DNA of 64,000 nucleotides from Podarcis gaigeae (Eukaryota): NCBI GenBank assembly GCA_964106915.2, contig OZ066928.1; one strand, 5' to 3'. Shown piece by piece: positions 35,801 to 48,364 of this stretch (position 1 is its first letter; each line of letters starts with the position of its first letter). The notes under the pieces were generated by a model. It saw only the letters and a program-made list of their open reading frames with translations, ran no database searches and was not told where the DNA came from. The position numbers and the translations under genes were made by a program.

Positions 35801-38800
35801 AAAGGACATTTGCACAGAAAACACCCATTACAGCTTTGCATTCTGCATTATTCCCAGAAAAAGGGAATAATACCCTAATAAACTGCCTACTGCAATCTGG
35901 TATGTTCATAAATGGTCAGAGTCTCAGGTTTATTTTTTCAGGGAAAAATACCACATGGCTAAACACTAGGTCTTTCATGAATTCTCATTCATTTGGGTAT
36001 GAAGGTTTGCTGCTTATGAAAATTGGGCCAAAACATTTTGATACACTACTCAGCCTGTGAACTATTATGGAGAAAAACCCTCCAAAAACTGGTACCCAGT
36101 TGCCCAACCAATTTATGACATATATATATTGAAAGGGGAAAGACCATGAACTTTCATACTCACTTGGGTATTAACTTAGGTTTCCATCTATCCTTAAATG
36201 TGATTGCGATCACATTTATTTAACCATGATCTGCTTTTGTTGATGTTAGGAGTGAAGTGGGAGTTGCTGGGCAGATTGATTATCTTTGCTTTGGGCTTGT
36301 TATATCTGTGAAATATATGTTTTCCTGACTTACTAAGGCTGATTTAATTTTGATAAACTTTCTAAAACTTTGTAGAATTATCTTCTTACCTGAGTATTAA
36401 TTGTTCAGGCATTAAAGGTATGCATTCTGAACTCTTGTTAGATATTTTCTGTATGTTTTCAATGTGCACCATGGGAAATGGAACCTCAAAGTGGCTGCAT
36501 CTAAACCAGCAATGGACTCTGATTCAGTACAGCTTGGGGCCTTCCAGAGACATTGCACCCCTCTCTTAGTACAGCAATAATAGTAGCTATACGCTGAAAT
36601 ACGCCTCTAAGACATAAAAGCCTGCCTTGGTGCTGGGGTATAGCTGAGTTGTTAGTCAAGCCAGAGTGTCAGCAAAATACAAAGTAGATCAACAACCTCC
36701 AAAGAGCAGAAGTAAAACTGCTGAAATTTCAGTGGTATTTCAAGATAGTGTAGGTAAACAGGAAAGATGGAGCAAGAAACCCAGCGATGATATAATCCAC
36801 ACATTCCAATAAGTGCCTATGACACACAAATATCTTCCACACAGAAACATACTATGGCAGTCCTGCTTACTAGGTTTCTGAAAACTATAGTTAAGTTGCA
36901 GAGAAACAGTGAGTTAAAGACAACAGGTGTGTGCTAGCTTGGGAGACAGCAAGCAGGCAAATTAGCAGTGGCTGCCCGAGAGAAGTGGTGCAGAATCAAG
37001 GCTGGCATTGGTGGGCACCTGGTGAATACCCACACCCCAGCATAGGGTCTACTGATTAGAATCACCTAGACCTGTTCCATCTCTTTGTTACTGCAACCTG
37101 CTTCTGCACCTGCCTCTTGCTCTGGCTCAGCAAGCAATACAACTGCTATGAGCAGTAGCTGTCACTGTCTGCTTTCTTATTGGCTTTGTCTAGCAAGCAA
37201 TTATGGGATGGCACTGATGAAGCAGATGAGAAGCACCAGCAGGCAACAATAATAGTGAGGGGGTACACTTATTGAGAGAGGAGAACATATTGAAGGTGTC
37301 TTGCCCAATCCTCCTTTCCCCGCCTACAAAACAAACACACACCCCCAAAAAAACCTAGCTGAGTTCACATTTAATGGACCAGAATGCTTAGGGGCTTGTT
37401 TTTTTAGCTTCTCTCCAAAGCGCAGTATAATTTCCCATAAAACACTGCATTGTGCCACCTGCATACTCTGCACTGATAAATTCCTATTGTACAGCTCTTT
37501 GCCTTTTAGCATAGCAAAACAAAGAAACAAACAAAATATCTTTAAGATAAATAGATTTAATGTTTGGGCACAGAAAATACCTTTATGATATTTTATGGCT
37601 GTGGGGATTTCCATTTGTTTTAGTAAGAAATTTTAATATAACGCTAGTAAATACATATGCTAGTAAAGACAAAGTTTAACCTGTTTCTTTTACTATGGGA
37701 TCTGAAGTAGATTAGTCTCTTGCAGTGTTGACTTTAGCTTTCCAAACATCAGCTCTGTCACTTAAAAAGAATTCTGCAAAGACTCATAGAAGAATCTTTG
37801 TTTAAATTACAAAATGTTCTCCCTCAAACATATAATTCATAGTAATTTGTAGTCCCTAAAACTGCATAAATAAGATTACCCCCAATTCTTTTTTCCTATT
37901 TTGAAAACTCTACAGTTGTGAAGATAACAAAGGTAAGAGCTCTCATGAAATGTCTCATGAAATACCAAGCCACCACTTGCAGGCTACGACTTTGTGACTA
38001 TATAAATAGACACAGGATAAATAACAGGATATTAGGACTGAGCCACATATTATCCAAACAATATTTTCAGTGTGGAAAGTGGGTTTTCAGGTGAAATAAG
38101 TTTCCTGAAAGAATGCCTAACCTTACCCCTTTTGTGTCTATTTGTTGGTGAAACTTTTTTTGATCCAAGTGTGACACTGTCATGTATCCAATCAGATTTG
38201 GCTATGTGACAATGTTAACTAAGGGTAACTGAAGCTAATTCAGAGGGAACAGAAACATTGCTCTCAATCCCAATTAGCTTTGTTTGGCCTCTGAAGTAGT
38301 ATTGCCTAGCCAAATGTGATTGGCTATGTGACAGCATCATTATTACAAGGATGCTAGGCAACTGAAATAAAAAATTATGTTGAAACTGCATCAGTTCTGG
38401 TCTTCGAAAAGGTTCCCAACGGAGCTACCACCTGAAAGCCAAATACAAAGGGATGGGAGTAAGTGCAGGCTGCTGTACATGTGGTGTGCATTATCTATCT
38501 ATAATACACATGCACAGACAGATTTGTAAGCCAAGGTGGTACTTTCTCTCTGATCTCCCCATGAAAAAATATCTAAAACAAAAAGGGTATCAAAAAAATT
38601 GCATAAAAGGCAGAGTGCTTTTCAATGGGTGGGGGGAGGTTCCTAGGAGGTGCCTTTGTTTCAGAAATAACATACTATTCCAACATCGTATTATCTCATT
38701 TTAGTCTTAATTGTATAATCAACACACAAAATTACTGGGGATGAATAATATTTTTGAGGGGTATGTCAGTGCAAGCTTTGTGACACCATTAAAGATTCTA

Positions 38801-38902
38801 GGACATTGTCCTCAAATCGTATAATATAGCCCCTTGGGATGGCAAAATGTCTGGGGTCCAATTGATCTGAGCTCTTGCTAAATGTTATCATATAGTTCTT
38901 AT

Positions 38903-39035
38903 CAGCGCTATTTTTTTAGAAAAAGGTGCCAGAACTCAGCATGAATGCTTCCTTGGTTCTCTTGTAAAGGCAATGGCGCCCACCTGAGAGGTGCTGGAAA
39001 TGAGTTCTGTTGAGTTCTGGCTGAAAAAAGCTCTG
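38903..39035. mobile_element. Short hAT-like MITE
   Basis: TIRs CAGCGCTATTTTT and AAAAAAGCTCTG; partial TSD GTTCTTAT / TTTTTTAT. Confidence 0.55.
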
Positions 39036-39774
39036 TTTTTTATTCTCTCTAGTATTTAGAAATAAAGTACTCTCCTCTCCTGGCTGGTGGACCCTTAACT
39101 TGCACTGAGCTACAAATATAATATAAATGAGGTCCTGGCATAGGAAGGAAAATTTTATCTAGCATCACAATGATAATTTGATAGAACTTGAAGAAATTTT
39201 ATTTGCAACTTTAACAAAAGTAGCAAAACATGCTATAACTTAAAAGCTGAAAGTATATGTAAAAAAAGCCTTACAGTGCAACATGATAATTCCCACAGTG
39301 AGTCTTGGTTTTCTCACTTGTAACTTGAAGTGCCAAGGAAAATATCTAGTTTTGTTTTTCCTTGTCAGGAACAGGGGAGAAAAGTAATATATTTTCTTTG
39401 GAAGCTTGTTTCCCCTCTACTTATTAGATAAGAACATTTTCAGTTGTGCCCCTCGAGACACAATTAGTTGAACAAACGCTTTAAGAGTAAACACAGTAAG
39501 GTCCATTACTGCCTCACTCTTCTTACCCCTTTGCCAACCATTTGAATAGCCAAGACCAGATGGTTAGAAGAAATCCCAGCCCTACTTGTGTTAATGGAAG
39601 CTCAGGCACTGATTTCAGCATACTCAAAATTCCACACTAAAACACAACAGCAAAAGAACTTCTCCAAACCAGTAAACCAAGTTCAAAGGCATGGGTTTTT
39701 TTCTTTTGGATTCAGAGCATGAAATGTGCTTTTAAAAAAATGTGTGAAGGAAAGGTGAAAGGTAGAACTGTTAA

Positions 39775-39923
39775 AGAGAGCCAGTAGGGTTGAGTGGTTA
39801 TGGAGCTGAAATCTGATCTGGCTAAAGTTCCACCTCAGCTATAAACTCACTATGTGGTCTTGGACAAGTCACTTTCAGCTTCAGTTTCCCATCTTTAAAT
39901 ACAAATAGCAACAACATTCTTAC
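39775..39923 (+). mobile_element. Old tRNA-derived CORE/MIR-like SINE fragment, abutting the LTR-like element
   Basis: Decayed box A (GGTTGAGTGGTTA) and the core-like TATGTGGTCTTGGACAAGTCACTT...TCAGTTTCCCATCT. Confidence 0.55.
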
Positions 39924-40516
39924 TGTCAGGCTCCTGTCCCAAAGTACAGTGATAACAACTCTTACTTGTAAACAAAGAAGAAATCTTTATTCAGGCTAAT
40001 AGCAGTACAGGCTCAGCAGCAAGCACAAAGGCCAGAAGTCAAGATTCCAAAGTTCATAAGCAAGGTTCACAATAGAACAAAACCTATGAATATGTCCCAA
40101 CAGTTGACATGCCCCCCCACAAAGCTTTTAAAGATGAGGCAGGGTGAGCTCACTCAGAAGACTCGTTTGTCCTATAGTTCTGCAACACGCACAAAGTGTG
40201 CTGTTTGGCTGGGTGCATCTGATCTCACGTTCAAAGGCAACATCTAGTTCTTGGCGACAAGAATCTGTCCTGCACCTCTGCCTGTAGCTTGGCTGCCACC
40301 TCCTTCTGTTCAGATCCTCCTTCTTGCTGGCCAAAGTCCTCCCCTCCTCACTGATGAGAAACTCTTCAGGAGGAGCAGAGGAGAGGGCTGGCAGCTCTGC
40401 TTCTTCCTCTCTCACATCTAGAGTCACAAGAGGAGGACATCTCTTCTTCATTCCTGGATGCCAGTCTTCCAGTCCCCCATTTGCTCCTTCTTCCTCCTCC
40501 ACGCCATATCATGTCA
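39924..40516 (-). mobile_element. Solo LTR-like element, 593 bp, same architecture as 24366-24940
   Basis: On the minus strand: termini TGACA...TGACA (TG...CA), TATA-like TTTAAAAG at about 40125-40132, and AATAAAGA 62 nt before the 3' end (TTTATT at 39986-39991). No TSD was detected. Confidence 0.65.
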
Positions 40517-42475
40517 GAGCCAAAGGGCTCATGGCACTAACATCAGCAAAGCTGGCACAGCAAAGGGACATAAACACTGTCATATAAAATGCTACATAAA
40601 TTACCAGTGGTAGAAATAGCAACAGCTGCTGCTATAGTGCATCTCAGTACAATCATTGCTAATATTATGACTTATCTTCATGCAAATGATCTTTATCTGT
40701 GAACTTTTGTTGTTGTTGTTGGAGGAGCTTTTGTGATAGCAAAAGTAGAACATTAAGGCATTATGGCCTTTATGCTAGCCTACTCTTAAAATGGAGAAAC
40801 ACTGTAAAAATACAACATGAAGGAATTTCAACAGAAAAACTGAGATTCTAGTCATGATGAATAAGGGTTTGCAAGGAGAAAGAGGGAAAAGAGAGACCTG
40901 AAAGCTATACATTGAAGCAAGTCCTCACTCCCACCCCCGAGCCTGCTTTTTAACTATGCTGAAGACATTTTCAAGAATAGTTCAACTGTGTAAAGTATGA
41001 GGTCTGGAAGCCTGCCAGGGTCACCAAGTGTGACCCACTGTGCAAATGCAAGTTAAAGCTGTCTGAGGGAGTTTTAATTTATGCTTCAAATTTCTTCAAG
41101 AATTTGACTGGCATTGCTTTAAAGACTACGCAGAGTTTATAACAGTTCCTTTTTCCTTTCACAAAAGAATTTTGTCATACAGTACTATCATGCATTATGT
41201 TAACACTAGAAATCCTTTCTTGATGTCGTCATAGTCTGAGCTCAAGTACTTACTAAAGTGCTGTCTCATTTGGATTGGCTTTTGATTTGGGAATTAGTTA
41301 GGCATTACAAAATCTTCACATCTATGAAGTAGATATTTTGAGTATTCTGTTTTATTGTATTTCCTTTTTAAAAACTGCTGTTACCTTGCTGTAGGCTTTC
41401 CGAAAGGTCTGAATAGACATTTAATTGTATAATCAATCTGAGAGGTTTTCTTGGGAACCCAGAAACATTTTGGGGTGCTACTACTAGATATTCCAGCCAA
41501 AGGACTCTGCAATACACATCAAGAGAAAATAGAACCAATGCTCACTATAATTTCCCCCTCAAATCATTTTTATTAAATGCTCACTATTTTAAAGACTTTC
41601 CTTAGGACTGAACTTTGCAGGACATTAGAATTGAACCTAGCTCGGGAGCTACACCATGGTTACACAGCTCATGGTTTGCTTTGAGCAAGACAAACCATGG
41701 GCCCATTTTTACAGCTAACACTAAACAAACTTGTTGTGTAGCTTGTTGTAGAATGGCAGCAGGAGGTCCATGGGAGGAACAAAGCCACCACCATTTTATC
41801 ACTGGCCACCAGCACACTTACTCATTTGCTGTAAGCCATAGTAAATGAAAATGAAGCAATGAGTAAAACTGAGCATTCGGTAACTGAAGGCACCAGGCAC
41901 TACATCTGTCGCAATATATTCTTCTTCTTGAGGCAGAGCACTGGATTGTACTCCTCCACCCAACCTAATTAAGATTTATAGTAAACAAGGCTGGTCAAGT
42001 TATTTTGGCACTTGAGGCAGAAAACCCCACAGATGCCTCTACCTGGCAATAAAAACGCAGCATTTAAATATTTGTTGCCATTTAATAACATCCAAAATCA
42101 ATCATGTGAGGTGGCTGCCTCACTCAGTCTAATGACTATCTTTCCTGAAGAAGAGCAGAATATGGACACATCTTCAAAATGCCTCCTCTTATTTCAAATC
42201 AGACTGAGGGCTCTCCCTGAAGAAGCCCAAGCACTGGAGCAACTTTTTTCCAACTTTTCCTGGCCCTCCTGGGTTTATTCAGTCTTTGATAGGACAAGTG
42301 GGCAATGTATGAAGCTAATCTATCCCAATTTATTAGTAAAACAACAACCAGTGAGCTCTCACCTACCACTTCTTCCACTCATCTCAGCCTGCTATTCCCA
42401 CCAACAACAAACAGAGTTGTGCAGGGCGTTCTTTCTATCTCTGCTTCTAACTGTTGTAAACAGCCATTTAGTCTG

Positions 42476-42725
42476 CATGGGTAGGCAAACTAAGGCCCGG
42501 GGGCTGGATCCGGCCCAATCGCCTTCTAAACCCGCCTGCGGACGGTCCAGGAATCAGCGTGTTTTTACATGAGCAGAATGTGTCATTTTATTTAAAATGC
42601 ATCTCTGGATTATTTGTGGGGCATAGGAATTCATTCATTATTATTTTTAAAAAATAGTCCAGCCCCCCCCCAAGGTCTGAGGGACAGTGGACCAGCCCCC
42701 TGCTGAAAAAGTTTGCTGACCCCAG
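42476..42725. mobile_element. hAT-Charlie-like MITE, inverted relative to 11587-11848
   Basis: CATGGGTAGGCAAAC...GTTTGCTGACCCCAG; reverse-complement similarity to the 11587 copy along its whole length. Confidence 0.8.
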
Positions 42726-43501
42726 CAAGCTACATATCAGAGAGAGCAAGGGAGGGAGAGATGGAGAGATGTAAGCAATCATCTGAACAAAGCCCAGGGT
42801 GTTACTATTTACTTCTAAATAATCTGTAATCTACTAACATGCTGTCTGTATATACATATTTATTTATTTCCCCCTCACAAAGGAGTCACTACAGATAATG
42901 AGGCTTATGACAACCTTGTCCATTCTCTTTTTAGAAGGCCAATAGAACAACTTTTTGGGGGGTGTGTTTTTTTCTTGCTTAAGATTGCCAGGACAGTAAC
43001 ACACAACTTGTATTACTGACCATTGGCTGTTTTCAGGCAGTTGTGATGGTATGTGAAAAAGCCAAATCTGTGCTGACTTTCCAGATACTGTCATTACATG
43101 CAAAACATCTTCTCAAGGCAACACACCTAGAAATCAAGATTAGCAAAGGCCAACAAAAATACAGCCAGGAATAGTGAGCCATCTCAGTTTTGCCTCTGTT
43201 TATCAACTTTGGGAGAATGATGAAGAGCAACTTGGAAAATTGCTTCATCCAAAGACCACCTTCTGGTTAAATTTGCCTAACTGCTAACTTGATTTTGAAC
43301 AACAGTTTCATACTTTTAAATAAAGAGGTATTTCTAAGGATCAGTTACCATTTTTAAAACACATTTGCTGCCTAGTAGAACAGTACTGCTTTTTTGTTTG
43401 CTGTGATTTATTACTGGGTATTTAATATTGTGTATGTACTTCATATTTAAAACAGATCACAAAGCGCTTTTCATACAAGCCAATTCAAAAATAAAGGGAC
43501 C

Positions 43502-44300
43502 ATGAAGGCAGCAGTTTGCTTATTGCTAATGGCTATTGTGGGAGTGCGTGCCAGCAAGACCCAAGATTTCGAAGGCAGCGATGAGGGAGAGGAGCAAGAA
43601 TTCATTTACACAAACAGGTATAAGCGCTCCAGTGACACACAAGACAAGTGCACTTATACCTTCATTGTACCTCAGCAGAAAGTGACGGGTGCCATTTGTG
43701 TTAATTCAAAGGAACCCGAAGTACTTGAAAACAGGGTAAATAAGCAAGAACTAGAGCTACTGAACAATGAGCTGTTAAAGCAAAAGAGGCAAATAGAAAC
43801 CCTCCAGCAGCTGGTGGAGGTAGATGGAGGAATTGTTAATGAGGTGAAGCTTTTACGAAAAGAGAGCCGCAACATGAACTCGCGGGTCACCCAGTTGTAC
43901 ATGCAGCTGCTGCATGAGATCATCCGAAAACGGGACAATGCTTTAGAACTTTCCCAACTGGAAAATAAGATACTGAATCAGACTGCTGACATGTTGCAGC
44001 TTGCAAATAAATACAAAGACCTGGAACACAAGTACCAACATTTGGTATCCATTGCTAATAACCAGTCTATAATAATTGCACAGCTAGAAGAGTACTGCCA
44101 AAGAACACCCTCCATTAAACCAATCCCACAACCTCCACAGCCACCAAATCGAGTCTACCAGCCTCCCACTTACAATCGTATCACTAACCAAATATCCACC
44201 AATGAGATCCAGAGTGACCAGAATTTAAAGATTCTACCACCGACTCTCCCAACCATGTCTTCAGTTACCAGTATCCCAACTTCCACTGACAAACCATCAG
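43502..44300 (+). CDS. ANGPTL2: ANGPTL2 first coding exon (exon begins about 43456 after aacAG): signal peptide, coiled coil, Pro-rich linker
   Basis: Kozak context gggaccATGA; hydrophobic signal MKAAVCLLLMAIVGVRA; NRYKR, KCTYTFIVPQQKVTGAICVNSKEPEV and VKLLRKESRNMNSRVTQLYMQLLHEIIRKRDN are ANGPTL2 signatures; N-glycosylation sequons NQT and NQS; donor CAG|GTAAGT at 44300 (799 nt, phase 1). Confidence 0.98.
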
Positions 44301-45738
44301 GTAAGTGGAGTACTCAATATACCTAAATATCACTAATGCCTAAACAGCTTTATAAAACAAAGTCTCAATCTCATTACTGTGGATAAGTTGTAATGATGAC
44401 ACCTCAGAGCTTAAAAGAGTGAGATAAACACCCAGCTGCAATAACAAGATGGGGACCTATGAGAATTATCAGGCAGGGCAGGGTTGAGCTTTTTGAAAAA
44501 ACCCCATAGTGCAACAGTGCAAGACAACTAAGCCCTGGAGCTAGAGGTGTAGTTTTTTGCTCACTATCTTCAGATCAGACTGATTTCTTAAAAGCATGGA
44601 GCATTCTGGACTGCCCTTAATCCTCCCTCCAGAATACCAGAAGCTTGAGGGGGTCAGGCCAATTTCATCCAACTCCACCTTGTTCCCTGTCACATCCAAC
44701 TGACATCATTAACATTTCAGTAGCCTCAGTTTGCTGCATAGGCATGGGATCACTGAGGTCAGTATCAAAGGCATGAAGTGAGCAAATGATAGTGCTATGA
44801 AACTGCTTTATACATTTTGCATTCTTGCTTTAAAATAACAGGATTTGACATGTCAATACTTTGTGATAAAGATGGGATTAGCTTATTTTCTAAATATGCT
44901 TTGCATGTTGCCTGACCTACATTATACAATGCAGAAAATTTTGATATTTCATTCATTCAATTCATTCATTCACTCATTCATTTGAGCCTTTATAAACCAT
45001 TAACTCATAGAAAATATAATAGTGGTGTACAATAAAATCTTTACACAAAATAATATGATACAGAACAAATGACCAACACGGAATCAAATTAATTATTTAA
45101 AAACACTTGGCAAAAGAAAAACACTTTTATGCAAAGGATGAAATATTAAAATTGTAGGCACCTGTCTTGGCCCAGTTCACATGTTATGGTAAACAATAAT
45201 AATTTACCAATAATGTGGCTTTCTGTGTTGTTTTCCTCCCACTAAGGTTTAAGGGTAATAAACCATTATCCACAGCTTAGTGGTTATGTCCAAACCAGGG
45301 ATTGCAGCTTGCTTTGCTCTGATAATGTGTAGTTCTTGCCAGGCTGGAGAGATGTAGGGTGTGTATGGGTAACCCACTTGTTGGCTCTGAGCCTACTCAC
45401 AACTGGTACGTAGCCCATGGATAGCTGCATACGAGGAAATGCAGCCCTTGGGTTCAAAAATTGTCCCCATCCCTGCTATAGCGATTCTGAGTACAAGGTT
45501 GCATCTCCTTGTCATCATGGGTCTGCCAAGGGCCCTATGCTCCATAATTTTTATGTGCAATGGTAAGTTAGTTATTTCTTCAAGTTAATGCAGAAGGATC
45601 CAATCCAAACTGGAACAAGTTACTCATGATTTGAAAATTAAGTCCCATTTATTTAAATTCAACTAGATTACCATGGATCCAATCCAGTGTTGTATAAGTT
45701 TACCTTTTTTATCTTGTAAGAGTATGTGTTTATACAGA

Positions 45739-45879
45739 CTGGGGGTGGGAAGCCTGTGGCTCTCCAGATGTTGCTGGACTACAACTCTCACCAATCCCAG
45801 ATGTTGGCCATGCTGGCTGAGAGTGGTGAAAGTTGAGAGTTAAACAATACCTGGAGGGCCTCATGTTCCCCGCCCCTTG
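45739..45879. mobile_element. Palindromic hAT-like MITE of about 140 bp (related copies about 8597-8725, 27940-28045, 29542-29690, 47570-47696, 61262-61392)
   Basis: CTCCAGATGTTGCTGGACTACAACTCTCACCA...TGGTGAAAGTTGAGAG...CTGGAGGGCC; flanks TATACAGA and TGTACACA (6/8 TSD); followed by (AC)n at 45883-45916. Confidence 0.75.
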
Positions 45880-45880
45880 T

Positions 45881-45919
<39 letters not shown>

Positions 45920-48296
45920 CAAATAAAGCAGTCTGACAGGTGGGAGGATATAGCAAGGGCAGGAAAAAATAATCAACTCATTTGTGAAATATTGGGTTAT
46001 GATGATTTGGAGAGTTTTTTAAGCCTCATAAACATTCCAGGGTCCTTTAATGTACAGCATAAAATAACCAAATAAAAAGGTTTATTAAAAAAGAGTCATA
46101 ACTTTTATTTTTTTAATGCATCTACCATTTCTGAGGTTACTTAAAAACTGAGTAAAACAACCAAAAAGACTATTCATGACTCTTTTGGCCCAAAGAAACC
46201 AGGCTGTAAGCAGGCATGTTTAAATACACATGGTTGTGTTTTCTGCTAGTATTGTTTTTACTAAGGGAATGGTTAGTGGTAAAAGGTGACCTCACTCCAA
46301 ATAGCAATGTTATTATTGTTATTATCAGTTTTTCCATTATGAACTCCTTGATTTCAAATGGATTATAACTTGGCCAGAAACCTTTGCTCCAGGCTAAAAC
46401 ATGACATCAAATACAGCAACCTGGCAGCAATTAAAGAATCAAAATAAAAAACAGGTAAAACACTGTTTCTAATACCAGTAGCAAGAAGAAAAATTCCCTG
46501 TTACTGATACTTGAGCCCATTGTTAAAAGTCATGCTACAAGCAGGAAAAAAAGCAAAAAATAAATAAATGCACTTAAGCATCACATTGTTCAGCCACAGG
46601 TTTCTGGATGACTGCACCTTTGGGTATTGTGTTACTCAGAAGAGGAGTGCAAAATTTCATCAGAGAATCATTTGCCATATACACAGTACTGAAAGCACTA
46701 TTAAACAAGAGACAATAGTTTGGTTTTATCATGGCCCATAAAAGGAACCTAAGTGGAAGCATGAGGGGGAGAATAAAATTAGGCAGCAAGATCTCATAAA
46801 CAAATGTTTAAAAAGACACGCAAAGCTATAGTCACATCAAAGAAATGATATATGCATAGATGGGACTACATAGTGTTTTGAAATTGCATGAGAGGCATAG
46901 GCATTTACTTGCACAAATCTCTGCTGAGAAGTGATGTGGTTCCATTAGTTCATGTTACTTCCTCCATCCAGCTGAAGCAGTAGCTCTGCTCGGCATGAGG
47001 GATTTTAAGATATTTGGACTAGATAGGAACATCCTATTGTCTAGTCTATGCATATTGACTTGAAAGTATGCTTCAGCGTGCTTAATGAGGATTACTTCTT
47101 AGAATGTGTGTAAAGAGACTATTCACATGAATGTTAGCACATGGGAACAAAAGAAAAGAATCAAGCTGTGCTGAATTCCAGTTTCATCAGACTGTCATTG
47201 GTATGACACCAGATAGGTTTTTAGCAGATGAGAGCATATTCATACTGAAGGCCAATCAAGACTGAATGTAGAAGCATGTAGAAACAAAGCCAACACTAGG
47301 GCTTTGTTAGGACTAGTTAGGGCACTAACTTGCCCTAAGCTTTTCCCCATTGCCACCATGGCATATTGTCAGATTCATTAAACTATGATTTAGTGATACT
47401 CACATGTGTCTGTAGACTTGAATTCTTCTCCATTAATCTGTTCTCTTCTAGTAGAGCCAAAAAGAGATACAACCTGTTGCTTCCCTTTCCAACTAAGCAT
47501 AGCTGCATGTTATGGCTGTGCCCAAACAAACAATAATTTGTGTTAACTATGATTTTGTGTGAGGGTTACTAACCTTTGACCCTCTAGTTGTTATCAGACT
47601 ACAAATCTGATCATCCCTGGTCATTGGCAGTGCTGGCTGGAGCTGATGGGAGATAGAGTCCAACAACATCTGGAGGGCCAAATGTTGGCCACCCTGGTTG
47701 AAGAACAAGCCAATGTCAAAACACAGTTAATTATGCTAGCTTGTTTCCCTGAACCATAGTAAATATTGGCACAGTTTCTAATTTGGATGGAAGTACATAA
47801 CTATTGGAAGTTGAAAATGGAAGCAAAACCTTCCAATCTCATGGCCATGTCAGAAGAAAAGAGGTGGGTATGTAAGCCCTATCTTGTTCAGACTCATTCT
47901 GTAGTGCTAAACTATAGCTTAGCATAGTATTCAAATCCAGTAACTTAGTAGTTGCTTAAAAAGGGGGCTTCTGACAGAGTTTAGTATGATGTGTATTTTC
48001 AGATCATAACCTTGGTTTTAGGAAACAGAAATGAGAAATTTATATCAAAGTTTCCAGAACATAGTCTGATGAGGTCTGAATCTGATAAGTGCCTGGATGG
48101 GAAACCACCTGGGAACATCTATATGTATCCCATCACTGAAGGCAAGATATAAAATCTTACTTGTAAACACGTTTTGTTAATACTGAAATACCCTTCCAAA
48201 TTTAGTGAAGCAAATCCATACATAATCATTACTATGACAAAGAACAACAGCACTACATGTTCAACATTTAATTCCATAACTGGGCCAAATGTGGTT

Positions 48297-48352
<56 letters not shown>

Positions 48353-48364
48353 AGGGAGGGAGGG
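48297..48364. repeat. (TG)n(AG)n(GGGA)n compound microsatellite
   Basis: Seen directly. Confidence 0.9.

Noticed and set aside
36630-36660. tRNA-like GGGGTATAGCTGAGTTGTTAG
   Set aside because: Only a box-A-like fragment; no box B or cloverleaf, so it is not a tRNA gene.
42012-42572. 186-aa plus-strand ORF
   Set aside because: Non-ATG start, no domain similarity, and it runs into a MITE; likely a chance ORF.
43672-43938. 88-aa minus-strand ORF
   Set aside because: Antisense shadow of the ANGPTL2 coding exon; no RALGPS1 similarity.
44301-44326. ORF continuation (G)KWSTQYT* after the first ANGPTL2 coding exon
   Set aside because: Read-through past a consensus GTAAGT donor into the intron; there is no evidence for a retained-intron isoform.
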